Below, piece after piece: positions 1-12,912 of a stretch of DNA of 64,000 bases. Within the stretch, counting starts at the first letter, position 1; the number at the start of each line of letters is the position of its first letter. The notes under the pieces were generated by a model, which searched no databases, was not told where the DNA came from, and saw only the letters and a list, made by a program, of their open reading frames with translations. The stretch spans positions 682,001-746,000 of the forward strand of contig NIVC01000106.1 of the NCBI GenBank assembly GCA_002269645.1, written 5' to 3'. The translations under genes were made by a program, and so were the position numbers. Source of the stretch: Macrostomum lignano (taxonomy: Eukaryota).

Positions 1-3000
1 GGTGATTACAAAGTTCTTCTGAGCAGCAGAATCCACTCCAACGGCGGTGGAGGACTCGAACACAATCGAAGCTAATTTCTGAGTAGGCATATAACTAGCC
101 AGTGAGTAGTATAGCTGAGCTCGAGATCTCACATCGATATCAACGTACAGATCGAAGTCGCCAGGCCCAGCCCAGTGCGCCAGCACTCCGCACAGATTCG
201 CCAACAAGCCGGCATCAGTTTGCAATCGATGCCAATGAGTTCGAAACACTGACCGACTCACGTCCAGAATGCGGTGGCCGCACAGCCAGAGGTTCGAATC
301 TTCAATACTGGTAGCTGGGGGAGAGTTGTACTGATCGGAATTGATTGAGGCTAACTGAGCCAGGCAGTCTACGATTGGCTGAGGCGGTATCCGACTGTAC
401 ATGGCTGCCCGGTTCAGGATGGTCATATAGCGGCCCAGGGACTGCCTGTCCGCCGCATTCTCAGCGCTGTTGATGGCTACCCAATCGCACAGCTCTGAGT
501 AGGCCTTAATAATTGATTAATTGAGTAATTATTCATTTAGGGTGGTTAGGGCATCTGAGAGATTTAGAAAATTAGTGACTGATTTTTACGAGTGACAGAA
601 TTTTATGAAGCCGAAAGTGACAGAATTTGATGAAGCCGAAAGTGACAGAATTTGGAGAAGCCGAGAGTGACAGAATTTGATGAAGCTGAGAGTGACAGAA
701 TTTGAAGGAGCTGAGAGTGACAGAATTTGGAGAAGCCGAGAGTGACAGAATTTGATGAAGCTGAGAGTGACAGAATTTGAAGGAGCTGAGAGTGACAGAA
801 TTTGGAGAAGCCGAGAGTGACAGAATTTGATGAAGCTGAGAGTGACAGAATTTGAAGGAGCTGAGAGTGACAGAATTTGAAGGAGCTGAGAGTGACAGAA
901 TTTGAAGGAGCTGAGAGTGACAGAATTTGAAGGAGCTGAGAGTGACAGAATTTGATGAAGCTGAGAGTGAGAGAATTTGGAGAAGCCGAGAGTGACAGAA
1001 TTTGGAGAAGCCGAGAATGACAGAATTTGAAGGAGCTGAGAGTGACAGAATTTGAAGGAGCTGAGAGTGACAGAATTTGAAGGAGCTGAGAGTGACAGAA
1101 TTTGAAGGAGCTGAGAGTGACAGAATTTGATGAAGCTGAGAGTGACAGAATTTGGAGAAGCCGAGAGTGACAGAATTTGGAGAAGCCGAGAGTGACAGAA
1201 TTTGAAGGAGCTGAGAGTGACAGAATTTGATGAAGCTGAGAGTGACAGAATTCGGAGAAGCTGAGAGTGACCAGAATTTGATGAAGCCGAAAGTGACAGA
1301 ATTTTATGAGGCTGAGATTAACAAAATTTGATGAAGCCGAAAGTGACAGAATTCGGAGAAGCCGAGAGTGACAGAATTTGATGAAGCCGAAAGTGACAGA
1401 ATAACTGAATAAGGCAATTTGAATGACAAAGGAATGCAGTTTCAATGAAGCAGAGTGACAAAAAAGCCAGTGTAGACTGCCGCTCACCTGATAGGGCAAA
1501 TCCGAGTCTGGAAAGTCCTGAGTGACGCTGTCCAGAAAGTCCAACAGATGCTCTGCAAACGCCAGGTTGGCATTGATCATGCTGATGAGCATCTGCCGAA
1601 TATCGTCGCCTAGCACACTGGCGTGGTGTCTGGCAAACACTGCGTACAGGCTGGCAAAGAACGCCACGGCGTGTCGGCCCCGACCGCCAGATTTCTGAGC
1701 TGGCCGGCTGAGACTGACCAGAGTGCCCATCAGGCAGGCTGAGGCCTCGTCTGCGGGTTGGATTGAAGGGATCGGGTTTTGTTTTATACAGTCATCGGCG
1801 CCTCGAAACTGAAGTTCAGACTGGCGTCATGGCAACGGAGGTTTGATGCTAAGGCGACGCTCTCTCGGTAGATTCTCTTTGTCTCCCTTCCTGCCTCCCT
1901 TCTCTTGTCTCCCTCTCTCTCACTCCCCTGCCTCCCTCTCTCTCTCTCTTGCCTCCCTCTTTCTCTCCTGTCTTCCTCTTTCTCTCTTGTCTCCCTCTCC
2001 TGTCCCTCCTTTCTCTCCTGCCTCCCCCCTCTCTCTCTCCTGCCTCCTTCTCCCTCTCCTGTCCCCCTCTTTCTCTCCTGCCTCCCTCTCACTCTTCTGC
2101 CTCCCTCTTTCTCTCCTGCCTCCCTCTCACTCTTCTGCCTCCCTCTTTCTCTCCTGCCTCCCTCTCACTCTCCTTCCTCCCTCTCACTCTCCTGCCTCCC
2201 TCTTACTCTTCTGCCTCCCTCTCCTGTCCCCCTCTTTCTCTACTGTCTCCCTCTCCTGTCCCCCTCTTTCTCTACTGCCTCCCTCTCACTCTTCTGCCTC
2301 CCTCTCACTCTTCTGCCTCCCTCTCACTCTTCTGCCTCCCTCTCACTCTCCTGCCTCCCTCTCACTCTCCTGCCTCCCTCTCACTCTCCTGCCTCCCTCT
2401 CACTCTTCTGCCTCCCTCTCACTCTCCTTCCTCCCTTTCACTCTCCTGCCTCTCTCTTTCTATCCTGTCTCCCTCTCACTCTCCTGCCTCCCTCTCACTC
2501 TCCTGCCTCCCTTTCACTCTCCTGCCTCCCTCTTACTCTCCTGCCTCCCTCTTTCTCTCCTGTCTCCCTCTCACTCTCCTGCCTCCCTCTTTCTCTCCTG
2601 CCTCCCTCTTACTCTTCTGCCTCCCTCTCACTCTCCTGCCTCCCTCTTTCTCTCCTGCCTCCCTCTCACTCTCCTGCCTCCCTTTCACTCTCCTGCCTCC
2701 CTTTCACTCTCCTGCCTCCCTCTCACTCTCCTGCCTCCCTCTTACTCTCCTGCCTCCCTTTCACTCTCCTGCCTCCCTTTCACTCTCCTGCCTCCCTCTC
2801 ACTCTCCTGCCTCCCTCTTACTCTCCTGCCTCCCTCTCACTCTCCTGCCTCCCTCTTACTCTCCTGCCTCCCTCTTACTCTCCTGCCTCCCTCTCACTCT
2901 CCTGCCTCCCTCTCACTCTCCTGCCTCCCTCTTACTCTCCTGCCTCCCTCTTACTCTCCTGCCTCCCTCTCACTCTCCTGCCTCCCTCTTACTCTTCTGC

Positions 3001-6000
3001 CTCCCTCTCACTCTCCTGCCTCCCTCTTACTCTTCTGCCTCCCTCTTACTCTCCTGCCTCCCTCTTACTCTCCTGCCTCCCTCTTACTCTCCTGCCTCCC
3101 TCTTACTCTCCTGCCTCCCTCTTACTCTCCTGCCTCCCTCTTACTCTCCTGCCTCCCTCTCACTCTCCTGCCTCCCTTTCACTCTCCTGCCTCCCTTTCA
3201 CTCTCCTGCCTCCCTTTCACTCTCCTGCCTCCCTCTCACTCTCCTGCCTCCCTCTTACTCTCCTGCCTCCCTCTCACTCTCCTGCCTCCCTCTCACTCTC
3301 CTGCCTCCCTCTTACTCTCCTGCCTCCCTCTTTCTCTCCTGTGTCCCTCTCCTGTCTCACTCTCCGTCTCCTCTCTTCTCTCCCCTCTTTCCGGTCTTTC
3401 TCTGTCACCCTTTCTTTCCCCCAATCTCCTCTCACTCGCATATCTCACTATAGTATAGGTATTTAGGTGCGTGGCCAACCATGCACTAACATTACTACTA
3501 ACAAGTGTGCATTTACATTCAGTAGTATAGCAAGCATAGTCGACTTTTTGTTCTAAAAAACTACTGCACTCTAGAAATCACTATGATGCAAGAGCGAACA
3601 CTGATTAAACCTGTTTGTGCCTTATCCGCAATTATTTGTACCTGGTAAAGATAAATAACCATACTATTAATCTATCACCAAATACAAGAATTACCATAAA
3701 GTGCAAAAACAGAGTAAAATAATTTACTAATAAAATTTTTCAATAAAAATTATAGACCCATTTTTAGGACTCATAGTAAAATAAAATAAATCACGATTAA
3801 ATGATCTGTTAGTAACCATACAGCTAAAAACTTTCGGGGGCTCAGAGTTGTTAAATTGTTAGTAAACAGTTGTCTTCAATCCTTAAAATACAGAGTACGC
3901 GCATCATACCTTTCAATTTGTTTAATTCTGAAATAGCGATATTCGCATCGCATTAGCTTTTAAAAATGTAAACGAAAACCAAAAATTAACACTACGATCC
4001 TCTAGTTTTAACACGCAATCAATAATACCCAAAAGAATATCCAGATAACGCACACAACAGTCATAAAAGCACACTCCTAACTAGTGTACACAACAGATCT
4101 AAAAGTACATTTACTCAATCTACCTAAAAGTACAAATCTAGCTAGTGTAAACAGTGAACCTAAAAGTACAGTTGTAGTCCCAAAAGTACAAGATCAATAA
4201 TGATAAAATACATAAAGGTACATTTACTCAATAGAACTTAAAGTACAACATAATACACCTAAAAGCACAAATCTAGATAGCGTAAACAGCGGACCTAAAA
4301 GTACATTTGCACTCCCAAAAGTGCAGGATAAGTGATAATAAAACACATAAAAGTACATTCAATCAATATATATAAAAGTACAAGATACACAATACACCTA
4401 GAAGTACAAACATAGTTCTCCTTGCATAAATATAGACACAAACCGATCGCAGACACCCCAAACTCACCTGAACTATCCCTTGGCGCAAATCGCAAACTTA
4501 ACAATCGAACTTTAAGCACCCGCAAATCGACAGGATCGAATACGCCGGGAAACAGGGCGCCGACCAGCTGTCGGGACGCCGGCTCAGGAAATGTTTCACC
4601 GTCGGGGCCAGACCGGCCAAGTCTCAGATGCGGATAATTAGCCAAGCAGTGGCACATGAGCAGCCTGAGCGGTGTGGCGAACAGAGGCGAACAGGCCACC
4701 CGCTGCATGGACAGAGCCAGACGGTCGCATCCGTGCTCATCTGAGCAGCCGAGCGCAGCTAAGCCGAACTGATGCCGCAGCCCGGCCAGGGCCGACAGAA
4801 CCGTCACGTCCCAAACTGGCAGGCGTCGGTAGAACGCCGTTCGAAGTCCCCGTCCGCCCAAACCGACAGCGTCCAGGAGTCGACCAACCGATCGACAAAC
4901 GGCAAAGAAAGCTCTCGGCGATAATCGACCGGCGTCTAGGGCGCCGATCAGCTGACCGATGGCGCGGCAGAGCTCCGGCGAGTTGCTCGATAATGACGAT
5001 GGAGGCGAGGGCGACAACTCGGACATTTGCGACTGCGGAACCGGAGCGAGCGAGTGGCGTCCGAGCAGTGGCTGAATGGACGAGAGCGACATGGCCGGCA
5101 GAGACTCGACGCGGCTGTTAAGGCGATCGTCGGACCAGCTGCCTGTGTCTCTGTGGGAAGGGACGATTTGGAAGAGACATTTCTATACTTTAATAAAGAG
5201 TTTTACTTAGCTGCTTGATATCAGACCAAATTTGATATGTGACAGAGTGACCAATCTGATATGTGACAGAGTGACCAATCTGATATGTGACAGTGACCAA
5301 TCTGATGTGACAGAGTGACCAATCTGATATGTGACAGAGTGACCAATCTGATGTGACAGAGTGACCAATCCGATGTGACAGAGTGACCAATCTGATATGT
5401 GACAGAGTGACCAATCTGATGTGACAGAGTGACCAATCCGATGTGACAAGAGTGACCAATCTGATATGTGACAGAGTGACCAATCTGATGTGACAGAGTG
5501 ACCAATCTGATGTGATAGAGTGACCAATCTGATGTGACAGAGTGACCAATCTGATATGCGACAGATTGACCAATCTGATGTGACAGAGTGACCAATCTGA
5601 TGTGACAGAGTGACCAATCTGATATGTGACAGATTGATAAATCTCATATGTGACAGATTGATAAATCTGATTACAGATAGATAAATCTGATATGTGACGG
5701 ATTGATAAATCTGATATGTGACAGATTGATAAATCTGATATGTGACAGATTGGTAAATCTGATGACCCGAGAAAATGGCATGAATGACTTATGAAGTCAA
5801 CAATGCCGCTTGCAAAATATTACAGTCTTCAAATTACTGAGTCTGTTACTAGATAAGTTTTTAAAATGTTTCTTGGAGAAACTTACGGAGTTCATCTTGA
5901 ACGACTTAGACGTTTTTATTTCATTTTAAACTGACAAAAGACTTGCAAATAATTTAGTTTTAGTGCATGACTTGACTAAATAACGTTTTTTAAGTTTTTA

Positions 6001-9000
6001 AGTGCGATGACGCACCAACACAGGAGTCGTTTAGGATCTACAAAAGAGCGGTTATATCCAGAATGACTAAGTTGGTTGGCATTCCATTCTATTGTTTAAT
6101 AGTTTGCTTCTATAATTGCCATCATTCAATGAAGACTTCAGCATAGAAGGAGTGCTTTGATTAGTGGCTCGAGTGAAATGCGGTCAGCGAAACCCGAAAC
6201 CGGTTCATAACTCTAAAGGTGAGTAAAGCAGAGTCCTCGGACATTGAACTTGCGGCCTTCAATACGGCGCTTCTGCTTCAGCCGGTCCGTCTACAGACCC
6301 CAGCTCAACGGAATCTGACGCCGGCGTCAACGCCACCAACCGTTCGGCACAGTGTCCCGCCGACGCAGACGCCGAAAACATGCGGCACCAGCAGTCAACA
6401 GGGCAACCAGTCAGCGACCAGCAAATCTAGGACGCTGACGTCTACAGCCGCTCAAAATGGAAGACTGTTCACGGATGCTGACGATGGCACAGACATTGAC
6501 TGCATTGATCCAAGGTTGGGGGGGGGGTTTGCCGTTTGTGTCTCACCTTCCCGAGGTGGCAAGTGGACGAGATGCGCCCGCGCATCCTGACAAAGAAGAC
6601 GCACAGGAAAACCGGCACGGGGCGCAGCCCACGACGTAAGTCAGAACTGCACAACCGGCCCTTTTCATCAACGGCAGGTAGACATGGCCGACCTAGCTGC
6701 CGCACAAAATCAGGCTAACCACAGTCGTGGCGGGGACGGGAAGAAAAGGAGGACAAGAAGAACCAACACCAAGGAGAGACACCTTGCAAAAATAATAGGA
6801 ATAAGGTTAGCAACAATCGAAACAATTGATCCAAGGGCAGTAGAAAGACTGCAGAGAAGTCTGGCCAAATCAGGAGTTTTCTTAACGGCTTGAGCATTCT
6901 GTAGATGCTCAGTGCACGGCAGAGCTGTGACGCTGTGCATAAAATCCATCGACTAGAAAAACTGATTCTACCACTTCTGGGGGGCATCAGTGCATCCTTG
7001 CAGGGCGGAGCTTTCAGACTGCACTCTGACTGGAAAACAGTTGGGATTTGAGAACGCCGTGAAATCACTACGGAGCATAACAAAAGTTTTATGTTAAAGT
7101 AATTAATTCATGCTAAAAACTATACCATCACAGACGTTGTAATAAAAGACTAATTTTCTGGCAGACCCAATCACAAAGAAGTTGGTGCACCAAGGTTACG
7201 ACGTCCAGCAGGCAATAATTGATGTTCTGCGGCACGCCACCGAGCGTGAGGCTGCTAGGGAGAAGAGCCGGATACAGACTGAGGCTGCTGCAGCTACCTT
7301 GTCTCCACTGCTGCTGACTTTGAAAACTCAGTCAACTCAGCTCCACCATCTCCCACAAGCACAAGAAGAAGAGACAGGACTCCAATACTGGTGAACGTAA
7401 GGGAAAAATGACACAGAAAAGGCGCAAAATCATGCTTGGAGGACAGCGATGACGATGAAAACTTGCCCAGCGAGATGAATGACGATCGTCAGTCGGTCGA
7501 TAGCGTGGAATTGGACAGCGAGAATCGATACTATTTACTGAACATCTTGTCTGAACTACTTTTATTTCTTTCTAACAAGTTTAACCAGTCAGTTTTTGTA
7601 ATGTTCTGCATACATTTTGCATGTGTAGTACATATATTCTGTATTTGTTATTTTGCTCTTCTCGGTGTAGTGCATTCTGTGCTTGTTATTTTGCCCTCCT
7701 TCCCATGTCTGAGTCGGCCAACTCGGTGACAATTTCTGACTGGTTATTAGGGACGGGTGGTCCGGCCCTTGGCTTTTTGCGTGCAGCCGATTGGAAGGTG
7801 ATGTAGACGACGACGGCAACGTGTATTTGATTTTGTAGATCTTATACATCGTTTGCCGTTGTATCCAGCCATCTGCGGTGGCAAGTGGACAGGACAACAG
7901 GCCTGGCAACATGGATACAAAGAAAAGGAAAAGGAGCCCAGGGGCAGAGGAGACTGACCGCTTGACCAACCGTTTTCGTCAAAGACAGGAGGAATTAGCG
8001 AAACCTCTATCTAAAAATCAGGCGACACCCCCGAACGTCGTGTTGGACCGAGGCGCATGGAGAGGGATCACGAAGACCCGGGAAGAACACGTTATCTCAG
8101 AAGAACGGTCGAAGAGAAAGAAACAACTCCTCGGGTGGAGACCAACAGAGGAAGTTGAAAATGACATGCAAGTACATGTAGACTGGATAACGGTGGCGGT
8201 ACGGCAATTGCGGAGAACTCTGTGCATCGCAGGGAGGCCTGGCGATTCACCAGAGACGCACTATAGAGATGCACTACAAGTATGTCAAGATGGAATTACT
8301 ATGCCGTAAATACAAGACAGGCGTTTATCAGAGACCATAGAGATAAGTCAGCAAAGAACTTCGTCTTGTGCGGGCAAAGCAAGAATGGCACAGCAAAATG
8401 AACTTCACGCGTCACAGGAGAGCCTGCCAGCCGCCCCTGAACTTGGAGCAGAACACCACCGCGAATTACATGCACCCGAGCCGCCCCTCCCCATTCGGCT
8501 AAAGTGGTGGCGCGGATCTACCACAGTGCAAGGGCCCCCTGACCAACCTGCGGCAGCATGCTGACGAAAGCAAATATGGTCAGGCACAGGACGCGCGTGT
8601 TCTAGGCCACCTGCGTGTACCGTGTCCTTGTCGTAAGGCGATAAAAGGACGAGATGACGGCAAGGTGGACGAAGAATGTGTGCTTTTGTGATCGGATGCT
8701 AGTCTTTCTTACATGTATGTTAGTTTAAGTAATTGCTCATTTCCGTTGCATTTTAGACATTTTTACGTTTCCATTTGAGTCTTTTCATGAAAATTTAAAA
8801 CAACGCATCAAAAAGACGCGTTTTGTGTTCTCCCATTCAGTAAAACAGATGTTACTTCAGTCTGAAAATAGTCGTTGTTTGTGTGAAGATAGTTGTTTCA
8901 ACACTGAGTCCCTTAACAACTGCCCTTTTCTAAATGAAATTCCCATCATTGTTACATATGTTAAGGCTAATTGAAATTTATCTGGTGATGCGTTGAAGTT

Positions 9001-12000
9001 TTCAAGAAGTTTGTATCAGTATCCATACGACAGTAGCGTTTTATAAGCTCTCGCATTCTCAATAAACTCCTGGTGTCCCTAACGGCAAGGGCAGCTGTTA
9101 ATTAGTTACTTTTCACACACGTGAGCTAGTATTCTGTGAATATTTTCTCGAACTGTTAAGTCGAAATGTCTGAGCCTGAAGTAATCCATTGCCAAGAGAG
9201 AGTTGCTACGATGCACATATCGTTAAACAGTTCGATAGCGTGCGCTTATGTTTTGCCAGCTTACTTACGCCTTACTTCCTTTGCTATTTAATACTGCAGC
9301 AAACAGAAAGCTCACTTCATACTGGAGTCGAACACGTGAACCAGTAGCAGGGAGAACAATGAATAATAAAACTCCGACAAGTAGGTCTTCTCGCTGGTGC
9401 AATATTCGTAAAAATAGTCGAGCTTTTTGGATAGCAGACACTGAAAACAGGTGTTGCAGTGATGTAGAAATAAATCAAGCTGGGGATGATAAAGGCACAC
9501 AATTTTGCAGGCTACTCACAGGGTAAGCATCTTCTAGTGCGATGAGGCACTGCAACGCTCTGAATCTGAGCAGCATGTTGTGAATGCCATTCACACTGCC
9601 CACTATGTCCAGCAGATAGGAGATCAACTTTGAGCATAGCTGGTGCTCGTCTCGCTGGAATTTGGATAATACGTAACAGATGCGACAGGGCGGTTGAGAG
9701 ATAAGAAAGGCGGATGATGGGTGATTTTAGGGGGGATGATGGCGATTCTAAGGGTGGGGGCGGATGATGAGCGATTCTAAGGGGGGCAGATGATGGCGAT
9801 TCTAAGGGGGGCGATTCTAAGGGGGGCGGATAATGGCGATTCCAAGGGGGGGGCGGATGATGAGCGATTCTAGGGGGGGGCGGACGATGAGCGATTCTAG
9901 GGGGGGGGCGGATGATGAGTGATTCTAAGGGGGGCGGATAATGGCGATTCCAAGGGGGGGGCGGATAATGGCGATTCCAAGGGGGGGGGCGGATAATGGC
10001 GATTCCAAGGGGGGGGGCGGATGATGAGCGATTCTAGGGGGGGGGGGGATGATGAGTGATTCTAAGGGGGGCGGATAATGGCGATTCCAAGGGGGGGGCG
10101 GATGATGAGCGATTCTAGGGGGGGGGGGCGGACGATGAGCGATTCTAGGGGGGGGGGGCGGATGATGAGTGATTCTAAGGGGGGCGGATAATGGCGATTC
10201 CAAGGGGGGGCGGATAATGGCGATTCCAAGGGGGGGGCGGATGATGAGCGATTCTAGGGGGGGGGGGCGGATAATGGCGATTCCAAGGGGGGGCGGATAA
10301 TGGCGATTCCAAGGGGGGGGGCGGATGATGAGCGATTCTAGGGGGGGGCGGACGATGAGCGATTCTAGGGGGGGGGCGGATGATGAGTGATTCTAAGGGG
10401 GCGGATAATGGCGATTCCAAGGGGGGGGGCGGATAATGGCGATTCCAAGGGGGGGGGCGGATGATGAGCGATTCTAGGGGGGGGCGGATGATGAGTGATT
10501 CTAAGGGGGGCGGATAATGGCGATTCCAAGGGGGGGGGCGGATGATGAGCGATTCTAGGGGGGGGGGCGGACGATGAGCGATTCTAGGGGGGGGCGGATG
10601 ATGAGTGATTCTAAGGGGGGCGGATAATGGCGATTCCAAGGGGGGGCGGATAATGCCGATTCCAAGGGGGGGGGGCGGATGATGAGCGATTCTAGGGGGG
10701 GGGGCGGATGATGAGCGATTCTAGGGGGGGGGCGGATGATGAGTGATTCTAAGGGGGGCGGATAATGGCGATTCCAAGGGGGGGGCGGATAATGGCGATT
10801 CCAAGGGGGGGGGGGCGGATGATGAGCGATTCTAGGGGGGGGCGGATGATGAGTGATTCTAAGGGGGGCGGATAATGGCGATTCCAAGGGGGGGCGGATA
10901 ATGGCGATTCCAAGGGGGGGGGGGCGGATGATGAGCGATTCTAGGGGGGGGGCGGATGATGAGTGATTCTAAGGGGGGCGGATAATGGCGATTCCAAGGG
11001 GGGGGGCGGATGATGAGCGATTCTAGGGGGGCGGATGATGAGTGATTCTAAGGGGGGCGGATAATGGCGATTCCAAGGGGGGCGGATGATGGCGATTTTA
11101 AGGGGGGGCGGATGATGGCGATTCTAAGGGGGGGATGATGGCGATTCTAAGGGGGGGCGGATGATGGCGATTCTAAGGGGGGGCGGATGATGGGCGATTC
11201 TAATAGCACTCACAAGCAGATCGCGAGAAATCATGAGGCTGCAGCAGCAGACCATGGCCTGAGCTGTCAGATGTTGCGGCTGCTGCTGCGACTTGGTCAG
11301 GTCAAGTAGAAATGACAGCAGCTGGACCAAACTGGCAAGGAAAGTGAAAGTTAAAATATAACCATTCCTAGCAGGAGGTACGTTTAAATGCGTATATTAA
11401 ACAAATGCAATATCTACTACTCAAAGATTTAACTAAAATTCCATTCAAAGAATCACATGCTCCTCTAGAAGACCACCTGTCACTCTAGAAGACCACTTGT
11501 CTCTCTTGAAGACCACCTGTCACTCTAGAAGACCACTTGTCACTCTAGAAGACCACCTGTCACTCTAGAAGACCACCTGTCACTCTAGAAGACCACCTGT
11601 CACTCTAGAAGATCACCTGTCACTCTAGAAGACCACCTGTCACTCTAGAAGACCACTTGTCTCTCTTGAAGACCACCTGTCACTCTAGAAGACCACTTGT
11701 CACTCTAGAAGACCACATGTCACTCTAGAAGACCACTTGTCTCTCTTGAAGACCACCTGTCACTCTAGAAGACCACTTGTCTCTCTTGAAGACCACCTGT
11801 CACTCTAGAAGACCACTTGTCACTCTAGAAGACCACATGTCACTCTAGAAGACCACTTGTCTCTCTTGAAGACCAATTGTCACTCTAGAAGACCACATGT
11901 CACTCTAGAAGACCACTTGTCTCTCTTGAAGACCACCTGTCACTCTAGACGACCACTTGTCACTCTAGAAGACCACTTGTCTCTCTTGAAGACCACTTGT

Positions 12001-12780
12001 CTCTCTTGAAGACCACTTGTCACTCTAGAAGACCACATGTCACTCTAGAAGACCACTTGTCTCTCTTGAAGACCACCTGTCACTCTAGACGACCACTTGT
12101 CACTCTAGAAGATCACCTGTCTCTAGAAGAGCCCCTGTAACTCTAGAAGAGCACCTGTCACTCTGGAAGAGCACCTGTCACTCTGGAAGAGCACCTACCT
12201 GTCACTCTAGAAGAGCACCTGTCCCTCTTGAAGAGCAGCTGTTACTTTTGAAGACCACCTGTCACTCTAGAAGACCACCTGTCACTCTAAAAGACCACCT
12301 GTCACTCTAAGACTACCTGTCGATCTAGAAGAGTACCTGTCACTTTAGAAGAGCACCTGTCACTCTAGAAAACCATCTGTCATTCTAGAAGACCACCTCT
12401 AGAAGAAAGACCGGCCTCAATGTCCCATCTCACCCATTCCTAGTTCGCACCAGCGAGTCGGCATTCTCCTGCAAGAGCAGCAGCAGATGCAGTTTGCCAG
12501 TCAGACAGACAGATTTACCAGACTCCGCAGAATCGCTAAACAGCAATTCCTGCAGCTGGAACACGCACTCCGTATCGATAGCGAAATCGTCAGCTCCATT
12601 ACTTGACAAGTCGAAATCTGCAGATTCGCTCTCACTACTTCTATTATATTGTTGAGTAGTAGTAAGACGCAGAGAAAAATTTAAACGCAATTGCGACAAC
12701 GGAGAACCAAGACTGGACAAAGATGCGCCACAGTTAGCGAATACCTTTAGCGCGCGTTTGAAGTCAACATTCGCTGGCAT
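1..12780 (-). CDS. AP5B1: AP-5 complex subunit beta-1, 3'-partial (runs off the window start)
   Basis: Exons 12434-12780, 11214-11331, 9520-9654, 9316-9440, 4468-5150, 1488-1750, <1-504. All junctions are GT-AG with matching phases (2,0,0,2,1,0), giving 725 open codons. Peptides align by eye, in collinear order, to vertebrate AP5B1 as I recall it: KLHLLLLLQENADSL; LRFRALQCLIALEDAYP/CLLSKKL; RLLMCHCLANYP; LFPGVFDPVDLRVLKVRLL; FAEHLLDFLDSV; DIDVRSRAQLYYSL. No database search was run. Confidence 0.8.
590..1402. repeat. 25-bp minisatellite (AAGGAGCTGAGAGTGACAGAATTTG and variants), AP5B1 intron 505-1487
   Basis: Tandem copies read directly from the sequence. Confidence 0.95.
1860..3440. repeat. 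19-bp CT-rich minisatellite (CACTCTCCTGCCTCCCTCT), AP5B1 intron 1751-4467
   Basis: Tandem copies read directly; more degenerate toward 1860. Confidence 0.95.
4085..4410. repeat. Old diverged tandem duplication (period about 134 bp) with recurrent AAAAGTACA
   Basis: ACCTAAAAG(T/C)ACAAATCTAG..TAG(T/C)GTAAACAG occurs at about 4123 and 4257. Confidence 0.6.
5230..5765. repeat. 22/24-bp minisatellite GTGACAGAGTGACCAATCTGAT(AT), AP5B1 intron 5151-9315
   Basis: Tandem copies read directly; drifts to GTGACAGATTGATAAATCTGATAT after about 5630. Confidence 0.95.
5766..9152 (+). mobile_element. Degenerate DNA-transposon-like insertion (possibly CMC-EnSpm/CACTA) in AP5B1 intron 5151-9315, antisense to the host
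   Basis: 3.4 kb of unique sequence with broken + strand ORF fragments (6219-7083, 7182-7394, 7878-8309). The frame at about 8660-8880 reads SDASLSYM...HFRCILDIFTFPFESFHENLKQRI, resembling the YG..SYNVH/FPFE motif of EnSpm transposases. Weak terminal inverted match CCCGAGAAAAT (5766) with ATTTTCTCG (9142). Confidence 0.4.
9712..11203. repeat. G-run minisatellite (CGGAT(G/A)ATG..GATTC(T/C)A + G6-G11), AP5B1 intron 9655-11213
   Basis: Tandem copies read directly, with variable poly-G length. Confidence 0.95.
11461..12400. repeat. 20-bp minisatellite GTCACTCTAGAAGACCACCT, AP5B1 intron 11332-12433
   Basis: Tandem copies read directly; degenerate after about 12120. Confidence 0.95.
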
Positions 12781-12835
12781 TTTTGACTTCTTTTTGGCGA
12801 CTGAATGCAATTATACTGATGTAATATTACTAGGC

Positions 12836-12875
12836 CTGAAAGCGACGAGCAACTGAGGAAGTTGAGGAAAACAAT
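12836..12875 (-). other. 3' splice acceptor (TTGTTTTCCTC...CGCTTTCAG) 55 nt upstream of the AP5B1 ATG
   Basis: A long pyrimidine tract plus CAG lies just downstream of the 34-bp array. A second AG (TTGCATTCAG) is at 12801. Confidence 0.4.
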
Positions 12876-12912
12876 TCAATGCATTTCAATGAGTTCATCC
12901 TAATATTTATTG

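Noticed and set aside
8880-9200. Minus-strand frame faintly resembling a DUF4806/BEN-like domain
   Set aside because: It has three stops and conflicts with the better-supported + strand transposase-like motif.
9441-9480. Shorter 40-nt AP5B1 intron using the CCCCAG acceptor at about 9480
   Set aside because: It is in frame, but adds 13 residues that break the YP-xLLSxKL alignment; the TTTTCAG acceptor at 9441 is preferred.
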